Origin: Alphaproteobacteria bacterium
Lineage (GTDB): Bacteria; Pseudomonadota; Alphaproteobacteria; Micavibrionales; UBA2020
DNA length: 64,000 nt
Direction: 5' to 3'
Assembly: GCA_035437825.1 (NCBI GenBank)
Contig: DAOMYX010000009.1
Span: 952 to 64,951 of the forward strand
Below, in pieces: positions 57,006-64,000 of the stretch. The position numbers and the translations under genes are program-made. The notes below the pieces were generated by a model. The model was not told the origin of the DNA, made no database searches, and worked only from the letters and a program-made list of their open reading frames with translations. Numbering within the stretch: the stretch's first letter is position 1; every line of letters starts with the position of its first letter.

Positions 57006-58769
57006 TTACCGCGCGAAGACGAGGTCAACGCGTTCCAGCGGTTTGCGGTCGGTTTCGAGGCCGAGGGCGCGGACATCGACGCGCGTCGGTTCCACCCCGT
57101 TATCCATCAGGAACGAACGCACGGCCAGTGCGCGCGACAGCGAAATGCGGCGGGCGCTGGTTTTGCTGCCGTCTTCGCCCGAAGCATAGGCATGCACCGC
57201 GAGGCGGCGGGCTTTGCTTTCGCGCAAATGCGGGATGATGTTGACGAGTTTTTGCTGCGTGTCCGCCGTCAGGTCGCTGGAGGTGCCGTCGAATTCCAGC
57301 GTCAAATCCGCCAGCGTCGGCACGGCTATATCGCGCGGCTGCGGCGCGGGCGGCGCAAGGGCGACGCGCGCGGGAACGGCTTCGATGTTCTGGCTGATTT
57401 TTTCAAGCTCCGGCGCGCTCAGCGGCGGGCGGATTTTTTCGGTGGGCTTGGGCGCGGGGCGGCTGGCCAGCAGGGCTTCCGCCTCGTCGCTCGAAAGCGG
57501 CACAAGGCTGTCGCGGTTTGCAGACGCTTCAGCAGCTATGGGGGCGGCGGGCGTTTCTGCTGCGGCATCCAAAGCCGTTGTTGCGGGCAAAGTCGTTGTC
57601 ACGGGCTGGCGGCGCGGCAGTTCTTCGGCGGCGGGGGCGGATTCCACAACCACCAGCGACGGACGCGGGGCGGCAGGCTTTTCTGCCTGCGGTGCGGGCG
57701 CATCCGGCAGCGTTTCGCCATAGAGTGCGGCTGCTTCTGCCAGAGTCATATCTTCGGTATTTGTTTTGTTTTCGATGGCCGCGGACATGTCGTCTTTTAC
57801 AGGCGGCACGGACAGGGCGGCGATGTCGTCATCGCTCAAAACGGTTTGCGGCAGCTCTTCCATCGGCGGTTTGCGCAGGGGCAAGGTGGCGATAGCTTCT
57901 TGCGGCGCAGGGGCGGCCACTGCAGCAGGCGCTGCGGCTTCGGGAGTTGCTGCGGCTATGGTTGCAGGCTTCGCGGGCATTGCCGGTACTGCGGGCGCGG
58001 CATATTCATCGCCGCGCAAGCCTTCGGGCAGAACAGGCCGTTCAAACCGCTGGATATCCGCCGCCGGACGCGCCGCCGGCGGGTAGGAAATACGCGCAGC
58101 AGGGGCGGCGGGTGATTTTTGTGTACCCAAGGCCGCTTGTGGCGCGGGGATGACTTCGCGCGTTTCTTGCGGTGTCAGCAAGGCCGTTTCCTGTGCCGCA
58201 GGCGCAGGGGCCATGTCAGGCTTGCGCATCGGGTGGGCGATTGTTTCCGCGCGTGCGGCGTGTTGTGCCGGGGTGGGCTCCAGAATAGGCGCCATTAGTT
58301 TTGCACGCGGCGCTGTCGCCGGCGTTTCCGCCGTTACCGTACGGCGCGGCATTTCAGATGCTGCTACGGGCGGCTGCGTTACGGGGGTGGCGGCGGCTTT
58401 CGGCAGCGGCGGCACAACGGGCTCGCTGAACATCGGTTTGATGACGCGGCGGGGTTGATTGTCTTGCGGTGCTGCGGTTTCAGCCGCGGCGGGTGCAGGT
58501 TGCACGGCGGGCTGCGGTTCTGGCGCTGCGGCAGGGACGGGCGGCGGCGCCAAAGGTTGACGCAGCACCACGGGCGGCATGTTGCCTTCGGCGGGTTGCT
58601 GCGCTGTGGGCGCCAGTGCATCGCCCGAAAGCGCGCCAAGGTCAACCTCGACGTTCGGCTTTGCGGGTTTGTAGTAGTGATATTGCGCGTGCGCAGGTGC
58701 AGCGAGGGCGCTCGCAAGTGCAGCAGCGGCGGCGCTGACAAGAAGATATTGTTTCAAACTTGCCATCAT
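57006..58769 (-). CDS. OmpA/MotB C-terminal domain protein with about 470 aa of Pro/Ala-rich linker
   Basis: Signal peptide MMASLKQYLLVSAAAAALASALAAPAHA and C-terminal OmpA-like domain (RRLAVHAYASGEDG...NRRISLSRALAVRSFL-type motif). Confidence 0.85.
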   Translation of the reverse strand: MMASLKQYLLVSAAAAALASALAAPAHAQYHYYKPAKPNVEVDLGALSGDALAPTAQQPAEGNMPPVVLRQPLAPPPVPAAAPEPQPAVQPAPAAAETAAPQDNQPRRVIKPMFSEPVVPPLPKAAATPVTQPPVAASEMPRRTVTAETPATAPRAKLMAPILEPTPAQHAARAETIAHPMRKPDMAPAPAAQETALLTPQETREVIPAPQAALGTQKSPAAPAARISYPPAARPAADIQRFERPVLPEGLRGDEYAAPAVPAMPAKPATIAAATPEAAAPAAVAAPAPQEAIATLPLRKPPMEELPQTVLSDDDIAALSVPPVKDDMSAAIENKTNTEDMTLAEAAALYGETLPDAPAPQAEKPAAPRPSLVVVESAPAAEELPRRQPVTTTLPATTALDAAAETPAAPIAAEASANRDSLVPLSSDEAEALLASRPAPKPTEKIRPPLSAPELEKISQNIEAVPARVALAPPAPQPRDIAVPTLADLTLEFDGTSSDLTADTQQKLVNIIPHLRESKARRLAVHAYASGEDGSKTSARRISLSRALAVRSFLMDNGVEPTRVDVRALGLETDRKPLERVDLVFAR

Positions 58770-58783
58770 ACGCTCTTCAATAA

Positions 58784-59599
58784 TTATGACGCCTTGGCGT
58801 CGGCTTTTTTCGCGGCGGGTGCTTTGACGCGCGCGGCGAGGTCTTTGTGAAGCGCGCTATTGGCCGCGACAAGGCTGCCGCCGGTGTTGAAGTTTTTGCC
58901 CATCTTGGCATCCGTCGCCTGTCCGCGCGCTTCGCGCACAAGAACGATACCTGCGGCAACATCCCAAAGACCGCCGCTGATATGCGACTTGCAAAACGCG
59001 TCAAGGCGGCCTGCGGCGACATAGGCGAGGTCAAGGCAGGTGCTGCCCATGTTGCGGATAACCGTGCCGGATTTCACCAGCGTGGCGAGGCCTTCGATGC
59101 TGTCATAGGCGGCGTGATGCAGCGCAACGGCAGCCTCGGCCAGCGAGTTGCGACCGGAAACCTGAATGCGGCGGTTGTTGAGGTAAGCGCCGAGGCCTTT
59201 TTCTGCCCAGAACAATTCGTCCTTCACGGGGTCGTAAATCACGCCCGCGACGATGTCGCCGTCTTTTTCCAGCGCAATCGAAACACACCAGTGCGGAATG
59301 CCGTGCAGGAAGTTCATAGTGCCGTCGAGCGGGTCCACAATCCAGCGGCAGGACGGGTCTTCACCCTTCACTTCGCCGCTTTCTTCCATCAGGAAGCCAT
59401 ATTTCGGGCGTGCCTTGAGCAGGATTTCGCGGATGATTTTTTCGGCTTTGTGGTCGGCGGTGGAAACGAAGTTGCCGGGGCCTTTGCGCGATACCTGCAG
59501 CTGTTCAACTTCGCCGAAGTCGCGCACAAGCGAGCGGCCTGCCTTTTCGGCGGCTTCGACCATGACGTTCATGTGGGCAGAGCGGCGGGCGACGGCCAT
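58784..59599 (-). CDS. suhB: inositol monophosphatase family protein
   Basis: FLMEESGE, WIVDPLDGTMNF and GSTCLDLAYVAAGRLDAF motifs. Confidence 0.9.
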   Translation of the reverse strand: MAVARRSAHMNVMVEAAEKAGRSLVRDFGEVEQLQVSRKGPGNFVSTADHKAEKIIREILLKARPKYGFLMEESGEVKGEDPSCRWIVDPLDGTMNFLHGIPHWCVSIALEKDGDIVAGVIYDPVKDELFWAEKGLGAYLNNRRIQVSGRNSLAEAAVALHHAAYDSIEGLATLVKSGTVIRNMGSTCLDLAYVAAGRLDAFCKSHISGGLWDVAAGIVLVREARGQATDAKMGKNFNTGGSLVAANSALHKDLAARVKAPAAKKADAKAS

Positions 59600-59621
59600 C
59601 TCGGTATCCTTTGGTTTGTGG

Positions 59622-59786
59622 TTAGTCGTTACGACTGAACAGGCTGCCGAACAACGGTTTTTTGTTTTGTGGTTGCTGCGGCACCGTGGCCATCATGACC
59701 GCTTCGGGCGGGGTGGCGACGGCGCGTTTCCATGTCTCCGCCTCTGCGGCGGAAACGTGGAAACAATCCTGTACATCGTATTTCAT
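59622..59786 (-). CDS. possible 54-aa small protein between efp and suhB
   Basis: ATG 59786 lies 8 nt after the efp stop. Product: MKYDVQDCFHVSAAEAETWKRAVATPPEAVMMATVPQQPQNKKPLFGSLFSRND. GC3 is similar to neighbouring genes. No clear RBS, and it is below the track's size cut-off. Confidence 0.3.
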   Translation of the reverse strand: MKYDVQDCFHVSAAEAETWKRAVATPPEAVMMATVPQQPQNKKPLFGSLFSRND

Positions 59787-59794
59787 CGGACGGC

Positions 59795-60361
59795 TTAGTC
59801 TTTTGCGCGTTCGACGTAGGTGGAATCTTCGGTACGCACAACGATGCGCGTGCCGGATTCAATATGCGGCGGCACCAGAACGCGCGCGCCGTTTTCCAGC
59901 ACGGCGGGTTTGTAGGAAGAAGATGCCGTCTGGCCTTTGACCACGGGGTCGGCTTCGACGATTTGCATGATGACCGTTTCGGGCAGGGTCATCGACAGCG
60001 GGCGGCCTTCGTGCATTTGCACTTCAACCATCATGCCGTCTTGCAGGAACTGGGCAGGTTCGCCAATCAGATCTTTGTTCACGACGATCTGTTCGTAGTT
60101 TTCGTTGTTCATGAACGTGTATTCGCCGTCGTTGGCATAGAGGAACTGGAAGTCCATGCTCTCGACGCGGGCGCGTTCGACCATATCCTGCGTGGCGAAG
60201 CGGATGTCGGTTTTGGTGCCCGATACGATGTCGCGCATGACGACCTGCGCGACGGAGGCGCCTTTGCCCGGGGTGCGGATGTCGTTGCTCATGACGACCC
60301 AGAGCTTTTCGTTGTATTCCACCACCATGCCTTTGCGGAGGGTGTTTGCTGCGACTTTCAT
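59795..60361 (-). CDS. efp: translation elongation factor P
   Basis: 188 aa with the loop RTPGKGAS carrying the conserved Lys; three OB-like domains. Confidence 0.96.
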   Translation of the reverse strand: MKVAANTLRKGMVVEYNEKLWVVMSNDIRTPGKGASVAQVVMRDIVSGTKTDIRFATQDMVERARVESMDFQFLYANDGEYTFMNNENYEQIVVNKDLIGEPAQFLQDGMMVEVQMHEGRPLSMTLPETVIMQIVEADPVVKGQTASSSYKPAVLENGARVLVPPHIESGTRIVVRTEDSTYVERAKD

Positions 60362-60407
60362 GTATTCACCTTGGAATTTATTTTCATATTTTAAGCGTAA
60401 CTGCAGC

Positions 60408-60932
60408 TTAAGGCTTCTTGCCCAGCCGCGAGACGATTGCTTTACCTAAATTTTTTAAGGCAATTTGTAAATCGTTTTCTTGAATATCGCCCACCAGCGC
60501 GTCAATCTTTTGCTGTTCCTGCATGGTCAGGGGACGGGTGAGAGGGGGCTTTACCTTTTTATTATCCATAACACCAGAGTGCTGGATAATTTTAATCTCC
60601 TTGATAGCGCTGTAGCCGAAAAAGACGTTCAACCGCTCGGCCAGCAGGTCTTTCTGGTAGCTCAGCTCCAGCGCGAAGGCGGGCTGCACGGCCAGCACCA
60701 GCGTTGCCTTGGGCGGCGTTTTGTCGCCCTTTTGCCCGTCCTTTTTCTTGGTGCCTGACGTGCGGCTGTATTTCAGCTCCATCGGGGTGGTCTGGGCGGC
60801 GATTTCGGGGCCGGCGATATGTTCCCACTCGGCCAGCATTTTGCCGAACAGCATGTTTTTCTTCCCAAAGGCGTCTTTGGTCAGGGCGGGGACAAGGTCC
60901 GCGACAGGGCGTGGCCGGTTGGGTGTTGTCAT
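60408..60932 (-). CDS. DUF721 (DciA-like) domain protein
   Basis: RPVADLVPALTK...MLAEWEHIAGPEIAAQTTPMELKY fits the DUF721 N-terminal pattern; typical head-to-head position with mutY. Confidence 0.65.
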   Translation of the reverse strand: MTTPNRPRPVADLVPALTKDAFGKKNMLFGKMLAEWEHIAGPEIAAQTTPMELKYSRTSGTKKKDGQKGDKTPPKATLVLAVQPAFALELSYQKDLLAERLNVFFGYSAIKEIKIIQHSGVMDNKKVKPPLTRPLTMQEQQKIDALVGDIQENDLQIALKNLGKAIVSRLGKKP

Positions 60933-60961
60933 GGGTACCGAGTATGGCTATTTAAAAGGCC

Positions 60962-62038
60962 ATGTCCAGAACCAAAAAGACAGATGTAAAGGGGCTTCAG
61001 GCCGGTTTGCTGGGGTGGTTTGACCGCCACCGCCGCGTCATGCCGTGGCGCGCAGCCAAGGGCAAGCGTGCGAACCCGTATCATGTCTGGCTGTCGGAAA
61101 TCATGCTCCAGCAGACGACGGTGGTGACGGTCGGTCCGTATTTCATGAAATTCATCGGTCTTTGGCCGACGGTGGGTGATTTGGCGGCGGCCAAGCTGGA
61201 CGACGTACTGACCGCGTGGGCAGGGCTTGGCTACTACGCCCGCGCGCGCAACCTGCATAAATGTGCGCAAGTGGTGACATCGCTGCATGGTGGCCGCTTT
61301 CCGGCAGATGAGCAGGCCTTGCTTGAGCTGCCCGGTATCGGGCCTTATTCGGCGGCGGCGATTGCCTCTATCGCTTTTGACCGTCCGGCCGTGGCTGTCG
61401 ATGGCAACGTGGAGCGGGTGGTTAGCCGGTTTTTGAATATCGAAGAGCCATTGCCGCAATCCAAGCCCGCCATTCGTGACGGGGCGGCGCTGCTGGCGGC
61501 GGGCAATCCGCGCCCCGGTGATTTTACGCAGGCTTTCATGGAATTGGGGGCGACTGTTTGCACTCCGCGCAAGCCTCGCTGTGGCCTTTGCCCGTGGCAG
61601 CAGGATTGCAAGGCGCGCAAGGCGGGAAACGCCGAAGAGCTGCCGCGCAAGCTGCCCAAGAAGGCCAAGCCCGCCAAATTTGGCAAAGTCTATTGGATTA
61701 GCAATGCCAAAGGGCAGGTCATGATACAAAAGCGCACCGATAAGGGGCTTTACGAAGGCATGTACCAGCTGCCGACCACCGCATGGCTGACCGATAAAAA
61801 GGCAGCTGCGGGGCTGGGGCTTGATTTCTTGAAGGGCAAGGGGGCAAAGGCGCTGGGGGCTTCGGTGAAGCACAGTTTCACCCATTTCGACCTTAGTCTT
61901 GAAATATGGCAATACAGTGGCCGCGCTACAAAGCTGCCTGCGGGCGGGATATGGGTCTATCCGGATGAACTGGCCAGTTATGCCCTGCCCAGTCTGATGC
62001 AAAAAGCCGCCCGCCTTGCCGCAGGCACGGCAGGATGA
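60962..62038 (+). CDS. mutY: A/G-specific adenine DNA glycosylase
   Basis: WLSEIMLQQTTV, HhH LPGIGPYSAAAI, 4Fe-4S loop CTPRKPRCGLCPWQQDC, NUDIX-like C-terminal domain. Confidence 0.95.
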   Translation: MSRTKKTDVKGLQAGLLGWFDRHRRVMPWRAAKGKRANPYHVWLSEIMLQQTTVVTVGPYFMKFIGLWPTVGDLAAAKLDDVLTAWAGLGYYARARNLHKCAQVVTSLHGGRFPADEQALLELPGIGPYSAAAIASIAFDRPAVAVDGNVERVVSRFLNIEEPLPQSKPAIRDGAALLAAGNPRPGDFTQAFMELGATVCTPRKPRCGLCPWQQDCKARKAGNAEELPRKLPKKAKPAKFGKVYWISNAKGQVMIQKRTDKGLYEGMYQLPTTAWLTDKKAAAGLGLDFLKGKGAKALGASVKHSFTHFDLSLEIWQYSGRATKLPAGGIWVYPDELASYALPSLMQKAARLAAGTAG

Positions 62039-62117
62039 CAGCCCGCCCCAAGGCTGTTATAATGATAAAGTCCGGATTTTGAAGTCTTCGCCGAAGCGCG
62101 AAGGCAGGGGGAAAAGA

Positions 62118-62909
62118 ATGTTTTCATTTCGTTTGGCAAAACATGCGTTGGCTGGGGCTGTATTTGCGATGGCGGTTTCGCTGTCTGCCGTCGCCGAAGC
62201 GCCGCCCGAAACGCCACCCGAGGCTGTCGGTGGCCGTGGTGAATCTTTTGCCGCGCCGACCTTTCGTGAACTTGCGCTGACCAGCCTTATGCTGGAGGCT
62301 TTCGACACGACCAAAAACGAAACAATCGACGAGTATGCGAAGCTGATGTACTGCCCGCTGTACCGCGAAAATTTCAAATCGGATTTCGCATGGAACAACG
62401 TGCGGCAGGAGCTTGGCCGCAAACTGCAGGGCAAGCGCGAATATTTCCGTACGCATTACGAGATTATGGGGGTTGTCTATCTTGGCCGCTATGCTTTCGA
62501 AACGCAGGATTTTCCTTTTGTAAAAAATACCGCGCTGGTGAACGTGGGCTCTCTCACCCTGCTCACAACGCCGCAGCGGGCGCGTCGTGACGGATGGCGG
62601 ATATGTGACGACCTTGAAGCTTCGAAGCTTTTCCCGACGGGATATCTGTTCGCACTACAGCAACCTTTGACGCTTGACCGGCTGAAAATGCCTCTTGAGG
62701 ATGCTGAAAAGCTTCTTAAGCGCATGGATATGATGAACAACAAGGAGCGCGCCCTTTTCATCCGCTTCCGTATACGCTTGCTGGGGTCGGGCATCATTGT
62801 CGAACGCGGTACGACTAAGAACTTGCTCTTGCGCGGAGAGCTCGCGGCGGTCGATTTGTTCTATGACCGCGAGATGAGCAAGCATTTCGCATCTATTTCA
62901 CTGAAATAA
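62118..62909 (+). CDS. hypothetical secreted protein
   Basis: Signal peptide MFSFRLAKHALAGAVFAMAVSLSAVAEA. AGGGGG RBS precedes ATG 62118; the track start at 62016 overlaps mutY. Confidence 0.6.
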   Translation: MFSFRLAKHALAGAVFAMAVSLSAVAEAPPETPPEAVGGRGESFAAPTFRELALTSLMLEAFDTTKNETIDEYAKLMYCPLYRENFKSDFAWNNVRQELGRKLQGKREYFRTHYEIMGVVYLGRYAFETQDFPFVKNTALVNVGSLTLLTTPQRARRDGWRICDDLEASKLFPTGYLFALQQPLTLDRLKMPLEDAEKLLKRMDMMNNKERALFIRFRIRLLGSGIIVERGTTKNLLLRGELAAVDLFYDREMSKHFASISLK

Positions 62910-62916
62910 CCATCGC

Positions 62917-63348
62917 ATGCCGTCGGCGGAAGACAGCCGTATATTCGCCCTGCCGCAGCGGGAGATATATGCGCTGCTGATGGATGTGGAAAATTTTCCG
63001 TCCTATGTCCCTTATATCCGTGCGGCGCGTTTTATATCGCGCAAGGGGAAGGTGAGCATCGCCGAAGTAGATGTCGGCGTGCCTGGGTTGCATTTCAGCT
63101 ACCGCTGCGAAATTACCGAAACGCCGTATGAAAAAATCTCCATCCGCGAGATTTCGGGGCCGTTTGAATACTTGCGCTGTGAAATGTTGTTCGAGGCGCT
63201 GGATGCAGGGCGTACGCGTGTGACGTACCGCTTTTCCTCGCGCTTCCGCTCCCGCCTTATGAATGCCGTCGCCGACCCTGTTTTCAACGTACAGCTGAAA
63301 TCAACCTTGCGAGAACTCGCGCGGTTTATCAGGCGGCGTTCCGGTTAA
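62917..63348 (+). CDS. SRPBCC/START-fold protein (RatA / Coq10-like)
   Basis: 143 aa. ...IYALLMDVENFPSYVPY... and C-terminal VADPVFNVQLKSTLRELA fit the polyketide_cyc2/RatA family. Confidence 0.75.
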   Translation: MPSAEDSRIFALPQREIYALLMDVENFPSYVPYIRAARFISRKGKVSIAEVDVGVPGLHFSYRCEITETPYEKISIREISGPFEYLRCEMLFEALDAGRTRVTYRFSSRFRSRLMNAVADPVFNVQLKSTLRELARFIRRRSG

Positions 63349-64000
63349 GCGCCTTTGGGTGCCACGCTGCGCAGCGGATGCGCCGCCGGAAGGGTGGCGA
63401 TTTTTTGTTCAAGTCTTGCCTTGATGCCATCCCATTCATTTCCTGTCAGGCGGACGTTCCGGCCGTTGTATGTGGCGTTGCCGTTTTGCAGCGGCTCCAG
63501 CAGGGCGCGGGTGCCTATATAAAAAGTATCGGACTGCACATCGGCACGCAGCGTGATGGCGGCGATGCGGCGGAAGGTTTCCTGCGTCAGTTTCTTGTCG
63601 CGTGCAGCGCGGAAGGCGCGGGCGAGGGATTTCAGGCGTGCCTCGTCCGGCGTATGCTGCCTTGCGTATTCCTTGGCGATTTTTGCGGTTTGGCCGGGCG
63701 TGAGCGACACGAAATTGGCGCTTTCACGGTCCAGCAGGATTTTATCAACGGTGAAGGTCGTCAGATGCGACGTTTTGCCCGCCATGATGAATTGCACCGC
63801 GCGTTTCCATGACGCGTAACCAATATCGGTTTTTTGTCCGTCAAAGCGCTGGACATGACGGATGACGGCGTAAGCATCGGCGGTATTTTCCGCCAGCGTG
63901 CCGTGCGTTTCGGGGGACAGCACATGTCCGGTTTCGTGGTCGAACGTGCCGACATCATCCACGGCGCGGTTGGCGCGGTCGTAAAGCGGGTACTTGTCGC
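63345..64000 (-). CDS. hypothetical protein with HExxH motif, C-terminal part only (ORF open to the right edge)
   Basis: The frame stays open upstream of the track's GTG (...DKYPLYDRANRAVDDVGTFDHETGHVL...). It contains HETGH and shares a TTAA double stop with the convergent SRPBCC gene. Confidence 0.5.
   Translation of the reverse strand, partial: DKYPLYDRANRAVDDVGTFDHETGHVLSPETHGTLAENTADAYAVIRHVQRFDGQKTDIGYASWKRAVQFIMAGKTSHLTTFTVDKILLDRESANFVSLTPGQTAKIAKEYARQHTPDEARLKSLARAFRAARDKKLTQETFRRIAAITLRADVQSDTFYIGTRALLEPLQNGNATYNGRNVRLTGNEWDGIKARLEQKIATLPAAHPLRSVAPKGA

Noticed and set aside
56742-58115. 457-aa + strand ORF, and 55079-56542 (487 aa) on the minus strand
   Set aside because: The first starts inside the ABC gene, runs through the palindromic element (VIPAQAGIH...) and then runs antisense to the OmpA-like gene. 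The second is antisense to the ABC exporter.
59629-59862. 77-aa minus-strand ORF overlapping the efp 3' end
   Set aside because: It overlaps efp in a different frame and has an Arg-rich product. The alternative 54-aa frame at 59622-59786 fits the gap better, although it is itself only tentative.
62917-63348. RatA-like protein as the toxin of a type II toxin-antitoxin pair
   Set aside because: No small partner gene (RnfH/RatB-like) is adjacent on the same strand. The family is equally consistent with a Coq10-type lipid/quinone-binding housekeeping role.

Overview
GC-rich chromosomal core segment with alphaproteobacterial gene order, almost entirely coding. Calls rest on protein motifs and synteny recognised by eye; no database search was possible. 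Contents, left to right: a partial exported protein, tRNA-Val(TAC), a His-rich CDF metal exporter and tRNA-Asp(GTC). Next comes the complete nuoA-N operon, linked by overlapping stop/start codons to birA and RNase J, then DUF1467 and a periplasmic orphan. These are followed by an archaeal/eukaryote-type proS with a coupled ElaA-like GNAT, lolC/lolD, an orphan gene, dnaE, and a cupin plus orphan pair. Then rpsB-tsf-pyrH-frr-uppS-cdsA-dxr-rseP-bamA-skp-lpxD-fabZ-lpxA-lpxI-lpxB and a translationally coupled AsmA-family gene. After that: a small RHH protein, fumC, valS with three coupled accessory genes, hsp20, rpmE, an MsbA-like ABC exporter and a Pro/Ala-rich OmpA-domain protein. The right end holds suhB, efp, a DUF721/DciA-like gene, mutY, a secreted orphan, an SRPBCC/RatA-like protein and a partial HExxH protein. 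I found no prophage, integrase, IS transposase, CRISPR array or convincing multi-gene defence or novel enzymatic system. The signals that standard gene calling does not explain are at RNA/repeat level. (1) tRNA-Val is followed by 3.1 tandem 106-bp units, each regenerating the last 25 nt of the tRNA plus three hairpins, resembling the E. coli tyrT/rtT trailer. (2) A small nested-palindrome MITE-like family has one copy inside the nuo operon and one after the ABC exporter, with compensatory stem changes. (3) A heat-shock-type promoter and a ROSE-like RNA thermometer lie in front of hsp20. (4) The rpsB leader is structured and carries a perfect 21-bp palindrome. The many long antisense ORFs in the track are GC-driven artefacts.
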